A DNA stretch of 23,179 nt from Candidatus Asgardarchaeum abyssi. GTDB taxonomy: Archaea > Asgardarchaeota > Asgardarchaeia > Asgardarchaeales > Asgardarchaeaceae. Made by a program: the position numbers and the translations under genes. Below, one piece after another: positions 1-8,388 of this stretch; positions within the stretch are counted from its first letter, which is position 1; each line of letters starts with the position of its first letter. Below the pieces are notes generated by a model. The model saw nothing but the letters and a program-made list of their open reading frames with translations. It made no database searches and was not told the DNA's origin. The stretch is from the NCBI GenBank assembly GCA_040225955.1, contig JBECUL010000034.1:1-23179 (forward strand), given 5' to 3'.

Positions 1-1
1 A

Positions 2-517
2 CCCAAGCACAGGACCAACTACGAGACTGGACACATATATAAACCCAAGTATAGACCAAAATAAAAATACTGGCGGAATCCCAAGCCAAAAATAAACTAG
101 TTTATCTAATAATGTTTCTATTTTTGATAACATGATGGCACTGTAGATAATCCATATTCCTAAAGATATTGCAATATCAACGTATAAACTGCTATAATTA
201 TAATAATATTATATAATATCCCAACGGATATACAATTCAAGAGGTATCTGGTGGACAACTAGTATGGTGTAAATCGCAATGAAGAACAATCCTGAGAAAA
301 AGGAAGCAAGAGCTAAGTATGGTTGTCTAAGGTATTTTGCTTTTCTAAGCTCAGTTGGGTCATTGATCATCAGTATTTTACCTAGTCGTCTTCTGTGTTG
401 CGCTATTGCCATAAGAAATCCGACAATTGAAAATGCCATAAGCAAATAATAAATGAATAAATGATAATCAAATAAGAGCAACCTTGTCAACATTATGTAT
501 TCATGCAGAGATGCCAT
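2..517 (-). pseudogene. Polytopic membrane protein interrupted by an in-frame TAA (209-211); runs off the left edge
   Basis: ORF 209..517 is hydrophobic and preceded by GGAGTG. The same frame stays open for 69 more codons after the TAA (YYYNYSSLYVDIAISLGIWIIYSAIMLSK...WLGIPPVFLFWSILGFIYVSSLVVGPVLG) and encodes further TM-like segments. Confidence 0.65.
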
Positions 518-699
518 AACCCTAACACTCCTATTAGTTGAGCTAGGTATTTAACAAAAAAATAGTGCTTGTGAGGATAATTTCACTACTGCTTTCCATA
601 ATCTCAGATCAGAGGCAGTATTTTTCATGACAACATCGCCACTCACAAGCTGTGATAACGAAACCAAACTAATTGTATTAATTAATAAATCTTTCTCTC

Positions 700-1104
700 T
701 GCATAGGTAACACCAGAGAATGAGTGATTTGCTACTTCCCGCTCCATTTCCTTTTCCGTACCATATTTTTGCTAACATTACTACCAGATGTTTCTAAAAA
801 CGCATTCTACCGAAGAATAATTGTTCTCCTTTGCTTATCTTCAATGAAGCGAATATACACAATACCTCGTTTACTATGGAACTATCTCACGTGTATTGCA
901 TTCGGAAAAATAGTAAATACAGCGCCCACATACGACTCATAGCCATTGTGATTATGAGAATTTTCTTGCCTTCTATATAGTCTTTAGACGGTGGACATTG
1001 CCTTCTCCAATTGATTTTGTCAGTTCGTCAAATTTAAAAACTTTTAGTTCGTCTATATTTAGGGGTACATGATGATTCTTGCGTTGGGCATAGCTACTTA
1101 TCAT
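700..1104 (-). mobile_element. Degenerate DDE transposase remnant (boundaries approximate)
   Basis: Restoring one base at ~946 gives KILIITDGYESYVGAVFTIFPNAIHVR*FH. This matches the TDG-x3-Y-x2-A-x4-FP-x-A-x-H-x2-(C/Q)-FH pattern of IS256/MULE-like and related transposases. In-frame TAG stops lie at 882-884 and 807-809. Confidence 0.6.
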
Positions 1105-1236
1105 CGTTATCCCTTTTAAATCACTTACTCTCGGATGTTACCATACGTTAGCAGAAAGGATAAAAGATTTTTGTATTTCTATCATGAGAAACTTCTGGAA
1201 CTCTTGATAAGAAATATAATATTCGGTGAGTTATGC

Positions 1237-3306
1237 ATGAGAGACAGTCTTTTTCAAATGACGTGGGACAAATTTTTTGATTGGCTTAAGGAAAAGTGCG
1301 TGTCTGTATCTTTTAAGCTTTTTAGGGACGTTTCTGCCTTTTCTAGGGTTAGGAACATTAGCAAGCATGAGACGCTTGGCTTCAATATAAAGATACACTC
1401 GCAGTATCATAGTATTTTCTGGGAGACTCGAGAAGTTGCATATCCAGATGTGTATTTTATAACTTTTTATCGTGAGGCCACACCAACAATGCCTACCACA
1501 TTTTCCACGTACAAGCAAGAATTTCCTTTAGAGGACACAAAAGAGGTTCTTACATGTCCAGATTGTTATGGAACTGGAAAAGTTACGTGTCCTAAATGTG
1601 GTGGTTCTGGAAAGATTAGATGCCCATCATGTCTTGGGTCTGGGAAATGTTTAGATTGTGGTGGTTCTGGAAAGATAACATGTCCGTATTGTTTTGGTAG
1701 TGGCAGATACATTGACGAGACGTGTTCTTATTGTTCTGGTAATGGTTATCTGATATGTAATTCATGTGGTGGGAGCGGGGAGTGCTACTATTGTAATGGC
1801 ACAGGACGCATTACATGCCCCAAGTGTGGTGGTTCTGGAGAAATTACATGTAAGCGATGTAAGGGGTCTGGAAAGATAGTTACGTATAAGGTTGAGGTTC
1901 ATAAGTTTTTCCACAAATGGTTTGAAGCGAATTATATTAGTGACAACAATCTTTCAAGTTGTTACAAGAAAGCTTTAAGCAAGGGCTATAAGGTAGAAAT
2001 TAAAGAAATAAGTGAGGATGAAATTATAAAAAGCTACGATTATATGTCTGAGGAAATAAGAGGCTATGTGAACAGTGCAAGAGAGACATACAGTAATCTG
2101 AGTAAAGAGGCTAAAGATTATGATGGTCGTGAACTTTTTCGAGATGAATTTTTCAGCTATGTTCCAATTCATTATATAACATTTTTTATTGATGAGGAGG
2201 AGAAATATTACATCATTGCAGGGACTACCAACAAACATGTTATTAAAGCTCCTGAATTCCCGATAAGTCTTAAAAAGGTGGGTTTGCAGTCCTTTTATAT
2301 GTTGTCACCTCTTATGGTAATAGTTTATTTCCTTATAAAATTCAACAATCTACCGAGTATAGAAACTCTTACGAGAACTGTTCTATTTGAGCTTATTAAT
2401 CCAGAAAGCTGGATTTCTAGCTTAGATCCTTATATATACGCAACATCTTTAGGTCTTTTTGTAATTTCAGTTTATTCATCAATGGTGTTTGCGAAGGAGA
2501 AAATAGATACGACAGATATTTTTACTGACCTATTATTCAATAATCCTATAGCTGTAAAATTTGCACCAGAAAAAATATTGAGCGAAGTGGCTAAAAACGG
2601 AGACATTGAGAAAGTTATATCAATACAATTTCCAGATCACATGTATGATATCCTATTAGATCGCTTTAGAAAAACGTATTTGTCTGAATGGCCGATTATT
2701 TTCTATAAGAAGAATCTATTGTCTGATAGATTGTCTCGGATTTTTAACACGCTAAAGGATAAGTTAACATCTGACGAAATAAGCATATTCAGATTTCTGC
2801 TATATCAAGAAGTTCCAGCAAGCCTTAAAATAAAAGCCATGCTATATTCTCATGAACTAATAGACCTCAGTGATGAGGAAATCTTACAGGGGTTAAATGT
2901 TTATCCAAATACTAAATATAGGCTGCTCAGAGAAAGACCTGATCTCTTGAGAGGCAATATATGGAAGGTTCTGGATATAGAATCAGCAAGGAAAATAGTG
3001 TTATATGGCAACTTTGTCACAGCAGAAGTTATTCTCTGGGTAGTATTCAAATACTTATTGGGAAATATTTCTAAAGAGATTGTTTTGGAAATCTTAAATG
3101 AGCCTATACCAGCAGATGTAACCCCTCTAAGGAAAGCTGTAGAGAAAGAAAATGCTGAAGATATTGTTAGAGTACTGAAAGAAATTGGTATTTGCAATTT
3201 AGGAAAACAAGCATTAAGAAACATTTTACATGCAAAAGAATTTGAGAAAATTCAAGAAATAGTATGTGACCTTATTTCAGATAACCGAATAGGTCATCAA
3301 CAGTAA
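1237..3306 (+). CDS. Membrane-anchored protein with 10 DnaJ-type CxxCxGxG zinc-finger repeats (SSUH2-like N-terminal half), two TM helices and a helical C-terminal domain
   Basis: Ten CxxCxGxG motifs at 1555-1872 and no J-domain HPD. Hydrophobic segments YMLSPLMVIVYFLI and YIYATSLGLFVISVYSSMVFA. Start moved to ATG 1237, downstream of a GGTGA SD. Confidence 0.8.
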   Translation: MRDSLFQMTWDKFFDWLKEKCVSVSFKLFRDVSAFSRVRNISKHETLGFNIKIHSQYHSIFWETREVAYPDVYFITFYREATPTMPTTFSTYKQEFPLEDTKEVLTCPDCYGTGKVTCPKCGGSGKIRCPSCLGSGKCLDCGGSGKITCPYCFGSGRYIDETCSYCSGNGYLICNSCGGSGECYYCNGTGRITCPKCGGSGEITCKRCKGSGKIVTYKVEVHKFFHKWFEANYISDNNLSSCYKKALSKGYKVEIKEISEDEIIKSYDYMSEEIRGYVNSARETYSNLSKEAKDYDGRELFRDEFFSYVPIHYITFFIDEEEKYYIIAGTTNKHVIKAPEFPISLKKVGLQSFYMLSPLMVIVYFLIKFNNLPSIETLTRTVLFELINPESWISSLDPYIYATSLGLFVISVYSSMVFAKEKIDTTDIFTDLLFNNPIAVKFAPEKILSEVAKNGDIEKVISIQFPDHMYDILLDRFRKTYLSEWPIIFYKKNLLSDRLSRIFNTLKDKLTSDEISIFRFLLYQEVPASLKIKAMLYSHELIDLSDEEILQGLNVYPNTKYRLLRERPDLLRGNIWKVLDIESARKIVLYGNFVTAEVILWVVFKYLLGNISKEIVLEILNEPIPADVTPLRKAVEKENAEDIVRVLKEIGICNLGKQALRNILHAKEFEKIQEIVCDLISDNRIGHQQ
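1597..1839 (+). repeat. Intragenic direct repeats encoding CGGSG
   Basis: TGTGGTGGTTCTGGAAAGAT is identical at 1597-1616 and 1657-1676; its first 15 bp recur at 1825-1839. Confidence 0.85.
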
Positions 3307-3315
3307 GAAGAACCT

Positions 3316-3356
3316 TAACTTGTTTTTGTAAACTGCAGTTACAAGAAAAATAGTTA
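3316..3356. terminator. Imperfect palindrome between convergent genes; possible terminator
   Basis: TTGTA-AACTGCAGTT-ACAA core with T-rich and A-rich flanks, 10 nt after the stop at 3306. Confidence 0.35.
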
Positions 3357-3591
3357 TTGAAAATAGAAGAAACAGTAGTAGTGAAGCTTTATATTTGTCA
3401 CTGTCTACCTCATGAAGCGTTTTCTTTCTAATAAAACTACCAGATTTGGATTAATTAGATAAACACGCGAGTATATTATAAAAATTTAGGATTTAAAAAT
3501 TTTACAAGAAAAAAGAAGATTATCAGAGCTACTTAATTTGGTGCAACTGTTATGGGTAATATAGCTCTTAGCTATGATTTTCTTGCAATAA

Positions 3592-4206
3592 TTATTTTCT
3601 TCTTAATGATTTTTGATATTGTTGCAAAAGAAGACGCACTTCTTTTATAAGTGGCATAAGCTCTTTTTCTATAGATTCTAACCTTTTTTCAAGCAGATTT
3701 ACACGTTCGAGGAGAGAATTTATATTCTCTAAATTTAGGTCGAGTGAGCTCTCGGAAAGATCCAACCCAGCTATACTAACTAGAGTATCAATATTTCCTT
3801 GCAGGGTATGAATCCTCCAAGAGTACTCTTCAGGTTTCCTGTAACAGTCAGTAGGATGATCGTAAACGGGCCGTAGATCTTCTGCTAAGGATCCTGCAAT
3901 GCTTTTGATCGATTCAAAAAGAGGTGCTAGAGATTCAAAGTGATTTCCTTGAAGTAAATTACTACTAATCACCCCATCGGTAATTCCAACTATTCTCTCC
4001 GCGTTCTCACGAGTATTATTGCAAGCTTTTATATAATCAGATGCTTGACCCTTATAGCACCTATTACCAGAATCATAATAGCTTCTTCTAGCCTTAAAAT
4101 TTTTCAGCATAGTTTCATAATTTTCTTGGAGTAACTTTGAGTGCATGTATAATTTCTTAGCTATTCTTCTAAGAATGTCTGTTTTACTATTTTCTTTACT
4201 ATTCAC
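3592..4206 (-). CDS. Hypothetical alpha-helical protein with C-terminal coiled coil
   Basis: Long ORF with a heptad-like tail (INSLLERVNLLEKRLESIEKELMPL). GTG at 4206 lies 7 nt after GGAGGT and overlaps the kinase stop, suggesting translational coupling. Confidence 0.75.
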   Translation of the reverse strand: MNSKENSKTDILRRIAKKLYMHSKLLQENYETMLKNFKARRSYYDSGNRCYKGQASDYIKACNNTRENAERIVGITDGVISSNLLQGNHFESLAPLFESIKSIAGSLAEDLRPVYDHPTDCYRKPEEYSWRIHTLQGNIDTLVSIAGLDLSESSLDLNLENINSLLERVNLLEKRLESIEKELMPLIKEVRLLLQQYQKSLRRK

Positions 4207-5185
4207 TTTCTTTACCTCCATACATACGTCTATATTTTAAATACCAACTATACATTTTTTGAAGGATATTCATGATTTTGTCATGTATATTATTGTCAAA
4301 ATATTCAGTCTTTACTAATTTCTCTGTTGATGCTTTCTTTATCTCTATAGCTACTGGAACTACCTCTGGCTTTTGTTTTGTCTTTAACATTTCTATTAGT
4401 ACTGATATACTTCGCCATCTCTCTTCTCTCTTCTTTTCTAAGCATTTCAGTATTATCAGCTTCAACCATTCTGGAGTTTTCTTAAAGCTTCTTAGTGTCT
4501 CATTTAAAATTTTCAATATTAGTTGCCCTGGATAATTCGCATAAAAAGGAGGCTCTTTTTCTATCATCTCGTAAAGTAGGCATCCAAATTGCCAAATATC
4601 TGTTCTCCAATCAATTTCTCCGTATGTCTCAGGGTCTATCTGCTCAGGAGCACTATACATGGGTGTTCCGACGTAACCAATCTTGGTAGAAGTTCTTAGC
4701 AGTACTTTTGCTATACCCCAGTCACTTAACTTAGGCTCATTGTTACAGAATAGAATGTTTTCAGGTTTTATATCACAGTGTACTACACCGTGAAGATGTG
4801 CATATTCCAAAGCTTCGGCTATTTTCAAAGCTATCCTTAAGGCCTCGCTCAGTTTCAATTCGCCTATTTTTTCCCTCAAGCTTGTTTCACAGTACTCCAT
4901 CACAATATACGGGAAGGGTTTAATGCCAAATTCAAAAACTCTCACTATGTTTTTATGGTTAAGCTTGGACCAGATTTCCGCTTTCCTCAGAAAATCCTCC
5001 ACATCCTTCGAGGATAACGTTTCACGTACATCGATTTTTGGAATCTTAATAGCGTAATATTTGTGATTTCTCTCTGCTAGCCAAACCTCCGAGAAACCTC
5101 CCGCACCAATAAGCCTTAGCAACTTATATCTAGGTATTTTCAAGAGTCTCAAGAGGATACCCCTTATGGGATAATACACCAACAT
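4199..5185 (-). CDS. Hanks-type Ser/Thr protein kinase with atypical alphaC and HRD residues
   Basis: GAGGFSEV, YAIKIP, HCDIKPEN, DWG, GTPMYSAPEQ and DIWQFG motifs. Confidence 0.93.
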   Translation of the reverse strand: MLVYYPIRGILLRLLKIPRYKLLRLIGAGGFSEVWLAERNHKYYAIKIPKIDVRETLSSKDVEDFLRKAEIWSKLNHKNIVRVFEFGIKPFPYIVMEYCETSLREKIGELKLSEALRIALKIAEALEYAHLHGVVHCDIKPENILFCNNEPKLSDWGIAKVLLRTSTKIGYVGTPMYSAPEQIDPETYGEIDWRTDIWQFGCLLYEMIEKEPPFYANYPGQLILKILNETLRSFKKTPEWLKLIILKCLEKKREERWRSISVLIEMLKTKQKPEVVPVAIEIKKASTEKLVKTEYFDNNIHDKIMNILQKMYSWYLKYRRMYGGKESE

Positions 5186-5330
5186 ACCTTCTACTGCAGA
5201 ATATTTAAAAATTACTGAGTCTTATTACGATTACTTTGTTTTTATCATTTTTTACATAAGTAATTGTTATGGAAAACATTTAACTATTGAGTAATTCTTC
5301 TAAAACATTAGTTAGCATGCATTAAATGAG

Positions 5331-5801
5331 GTGAGCATTGTGATTCAGAAAGCGTCTATGAATGATGCTGAGGAGATACTGTCAGTAATAAACATTAGTA
5401 ATTATAAAGCGTACAAGAAAATAATTCCAAAAGAATATTTCAAGGAACCAATTCTTACTTTGAAAGAACTATTAGAAGAGTTCAAAAGAATGATATTTTA
5501 CGTCTATAGATATGAGGGGAAAATCGTTGGTGTAGCAGCTTTACGTATTGAAAATGAAGAATCTGGGAGTATCCATCGGGTTTATGTACTTCCAGAATGT
5601 CAGAGAAAAGGAATTGGCACGGCTCTAATGAAATTTATAGAAACCGAAGCCAAAAGACGAGGGCTTAAGAAATTATGGCTTTTCACGCTAGAGAAAGCGT
5701 ATTGGGCTGTTAATTTTTATAAAAAGTTGGGATATGGGGTAACTGGTAAAGTTGAAAGGCCGTGGGGTACTGATGTCATTATGGAAAAAGCGTTGGAATA
5801 A
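5331..5801 (+). CDS. GNAT family N-acetyltransferase
   Basis: VYVLPECQRKGIGTALM (motif A) and AVNFYKKLGY (motif B). The true start may be GTG 5340. Confidence 0.92.
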   Translation: MSIVIQKASMNDAEEILSVINISNYKAYKKIIPKEYFKEPILTLKELLEEFKRMIFYVYRYEGKIVGVAALRIENEESGSIHRVYVLPECQRKGIGTALMKFIETEAKRRGLKKLWLFTLEKAYWAVNFYKKLGYGVTGKVERPWGTDVIMEKALE

Positions 5802-5813
5802 AATGAAGAATAA

Positions 5814-6254
5814 TCAAAATTCAATAACCTCTTGTTCCCTTTCTCTGCTAAATTTCATCCAAAAGAATCCTAAGAGATAGCCAAATATGATTGATGTTAT
5901 TAGTCCTTGAGTTACATTAATCATTATAAATGATATACCCACGAAATCTTTACTTAAGAGGAAAAATATGTTATACAAGTTTACAATGGCCCATATAACT
6001 ATGTTCATAATTACGGATTTTACTACTGCACTTTGCCCTGGTAAGTACTTATATATTACGGAAAAGATTACCCCAGCAAGTAACCCAAATATTATATAGG
6101 GTATAAAAATGTTTAAAGTCATGTATAAGTACATGGAAGTCGGTATTTGGATCCCGTAAATCAATGAATTGATTATTAGACTGGAGATTACACCAACGCC
6201 AGATGTTATTATGGCAGCAAAAACTCCTGATTTTGCACCTAATTCCACTGACAT
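5814..6254 (-). CDS. Small 4-TM membrane protein of unknown function
   Basis: Four Gly-rich hydrophobic segments; GAGGAG SD before the ATG. Confidence 0.8.
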   Translation of the reverse strand: MSVELGAKSGVFAAIITSGVGVISSLIINSLIYGIQIPTSMYLYMTLNIFIPYIIFGLLAGVIFSVIYKYLPGQSAVVKSVIMNIVIWAIVNLYNIFFLLSKDFVGISFIMINVTQGLITSIIFGYLLGFFWMKFSREREQEVIEF

Positions 6255-6319
6255 TAGATCTCCTCATTAAAATTAATAGCTCCTAAGTTTTTTAATTTTT
6301 TGTAATATTAATTTAGATA

Positions 6320-6754
6320 CTAAAGGTTTAGCTCGTCAATGAAAGCGATTTCGGCTCCGATAATGTTCTTTTTCCTAGTTATAATCTTTTTCTCCTTGGT
6401 GAAAACGGCTTTACATCTTCGAATATAGGCAGCTGTCAATGTAGCGTTATCACAAAAAGAGATTGGATTTTTTGCTTTAAAGTGTGCTAAAGTAGTAATA
6501 AAATCCCATGTGACATTAATTATATCAATTGGTATATCGTTATAAATAGCATACATACATGAGTATGCATAATTTTCATCGTCAGTAACTCTCTCAATAA
6601 CATAGCCAGTTTCAGCAATATTAATTACACTTGTGCACGCATATCCTATCTTACCAGTAAATAGTTTATCAATGAGTTTTTTCGCAAGGTTATGATATTT
6701 ATTTTCTCTTAGAAAGAATGCTACAAAAACGGAGGTGTCTAATGCAAATCTCAT
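6320..6754 (-). CDS. vapC: PIN-domain (VapC-like) toxin
   Basis: N-terminal FALDTSVFVA, NIAETGY and ISFCD motifs; ATGA overlap with the upstream antitoxin. Confidence 0.85.
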   Translation of the reverse strand: MRFALDTSVFVAFFLRENKYHNLAKKLIDKLFTGKIGYACTSVINIAETGYVIERVTDDENYAYSCMYAIYNDIPIDIINVTWDFITTLAHFKAKNPISFCDNATLTAAYIRRCKAVFTKEKKIITRKKNIIGAEIAFIDELNL

Positions 6755-7026
6755 CCAGATTCCTCCAAAAGATATTCCTCCATGAATATTTCAGATGGCT
6801 TTTTTTTCATTTTTGCAACTGTACCACTCCTCTTTTCAACAAGTTGTAGAATATCCTCAGCACTTCTAGGCTTATCAGCAAGATGGCGTTCGGCAAATTC
6901 CTCAAGAGCTCTCTTAATGAGTTCAGACTTGCTAGTAAATCCTTTCTTTTTTGCAATAAGCTCTAACTTTTTAGCTAATAGTTTACTAATTCGGATAGAT
7001 GAAATGACAACTTTTTCTTCTTTCAT
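6751..7026 (-). CDS. vapB: Ribbon-helix-helix (CopG-like) antitoxin
   Basis: SSIRISKLLAKKLELIAKKKGFTSKSELIKRALEEF is an RHH signature. ATG 7026 is ~24 nt below a TTTATA box (leaderless). Confidence 0.85.
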   Translation of the reverse strand: MKEEKVVISSIRISKLLAKKLELIAKKKGFTSKSELIKRALEEFAERHLADKPRSAEDILQLVEKRSGTVAKMKKKPSEIFMEEYLLEESG

Positions 7027-7036
7027 GTGATTATAT

Positions 7037-7057
7037 TTTATATCATAGTGATATAAA
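7037..7057. promoter_or_regulatory. Perfect inverted repeat overlapping the vapB TATA box; candidate autoregulatory operator
   Basis: TTTATATCA-TAG-TGATATAAA. Confidence 0.6.
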
Positions 7058-7124
7058 TTTTGTGTCAAGAATAATCAATAACTTTAAATATTTTTGTGAT
7101 AATGCACGTAATGAGGAATGTTTT

Positions 7125-7394
7125 ATGCTTGCTAAACATAAAGATTGCATAAACTTTGTTAATGGTGTATGTACCCGCTTTGGAATTCCCGTAGATCCCG
7201 AAGGACCTGCATGCCCAAATTTCACACCAAAAAGCCAAGAAAGATATATGGCACCTACTACACCTACATCAGCTACTCGATATCCGCCTACAATACCGAT
7301 ACCCAATATTCGATATCCAACATATTCAATGTTTCCATATAGAGGATTTATTGGGGGAAGGAGAAACAGAAGGAGAAGACGTGGATTATGGTGA
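7125..7394 (+). CDS. Small protein with His/Cys metal-binding N-terminus, Pro/Thr linker and Arg-rich tail
   Basis: HKDC-x7-C-x13-C motif and GGRRNRRRRRG tail. TTTAAATA at 7083-7090 and GAGGA SD before ATG 7125. Confidence 0.7.
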   Translation: MLAKHKDCINFVNGVCTRFGIPVDPEGPACPNFTPKSQERYMAPTTPTSATRYPPTIPIPNIRYPTYSMFPYRGFIGGRRNRRRRRGLW

Positions 7395-7398
7395 TACC

Positions 7399-7761
7399 AT
7401 GTCAGGGATGTGCCTAAATACTAAAATTCTCCTACCCACTTATGAACCAGGTGGACTTGACGCAAAAATATATCCTAACTGGGCTAGTTCACCAACATAC
7501 ACATTCGTTAGTATAAAGAATGGGGAACCTGATGAGGTAAATATATACAGGCTTGAAAGTGATGAGCTACTTATAAACTTGATAAAAAGACTTGATGTTA
7601 AAGTCGTTGTGGCGTCCTCATTAAGTATTAGAGCTCTTGAACTTTTAGAGAAGATAGGCACCAGGGTAGCAATATCGCAATCAATAAGGGTTAAGGATGC
7701 AATTAGTAAATTTTGTAATGGTGAACTATATTTTGTTAAAATATGTCGCTATAAACCATAA
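7399..7761 (+). CDS. NifB/NifX (dinitrogenase FeMo-cofactor biosynthesis) family domain protein, divergent
   Basis: KILLPT...GGLDAKI...PTYTFV...DVKVVVASSLSIRALELLEKIGTRV...VKDAISKFCNGEL pattern. GGTGA SD overlaps the upstream stop. Confidence 0.75.
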   Translation: MSGMCLNTKILLPTYEPGGLDAKIYPNWASSPTYTFVSIKNGEPDEVNIYRLESDELLINLIKRLDVKVVVASSLSIRALELLEKIGTRVAISQSIRVKDAISKFCNGELYFVKICRYKP

Positions 7762-7881
7762 TCCTATATCTTCTATAGTTTTGCTGGAAAGAGAAATCTA
7801 CTTTTTTCATTCTACTATTTCAGAAATATCTGCCCCAATATTCCTCAAAGTAATGCCTATAATGATATCGCTTCACTCCCC

Positions 7882-8314
7882 TTATCGGGATGTGCTTTGA
7901 AATAACCTCCACAATATTTTGAGGTAAGTATAATTGTGCCACAAATTATATTCTTTGTTATTTATGTTAACCCTTAGTGTGTAAAAAAGGGTGACTCCAA
8001 CTAACCCAACTCTCATGCCTATCGACTTTACTAAATAAAACTCCTTAATTAGATTTTTTGGAAGTTTAAGAATCCAATTCTTTCCAACGAAAAGCACATC
8101 ATGATCAAAGAAGACAATGTACTCTGTATCAGTAAAGTTGAGCATCGTAATAATTGCACTGGATATTGTAACTTTCTAATTAGGTGCAAAAGATAAGTGG
8201 CCCGTGGATGATTATTTTCTTGGCGATTAATATGAAGAAAAGTTTGGGTGATTTTCCTTCTTTATAGAGGGCGTAATTGTCTGAGATGTAAAGTGCCGCT
8301 CCATTCTTCATCAT
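7882..8314 (-). pseudogene. Fragmented gene, possibly a GT-A/GT2 glycosyltransferase remnant
   Basis: TEYIVFFDHDV DxD motif in ORF 7882..8145. The upstream fragment has a GGAGG SD and lies in a different frame. Confidence 0.4.
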
Positions 8315-8388
8315 TTTTCCTCCAAATATTTTTTTGTGCCATCTTTTTAAATAGTTAGTCATTTAAGTTAAGAGCGAATTATCTAACT

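Noticed and set aside
574-591. Weak inverted similarity between AGGATAATTTCACTACT here and AGTTAGTGAATTATCCT at ~23113-23129, as possible element ends
   Set aside because: Short, gapped and AT-rich; compatible with chance, and no target-site duplication was identified.
551-942. ORFs 551..778 (-) and 724..942 (+) as real genes
   Set aside because: They overlap the decayed transposase and show no recognisable features.
1237-3306. Calling this gene dnaJ or a multiheme cytochrome
   Set aside because: No J-domain/HPD or G/F region, and the motifs are CxxCxGxG, not CxxCH.
7399-7761. Evidence for nitrogen fixation
   Set aside because: NifB/NifX-like domains are widespread in non-diazotrophic archaea, and no nif structural genes are present.
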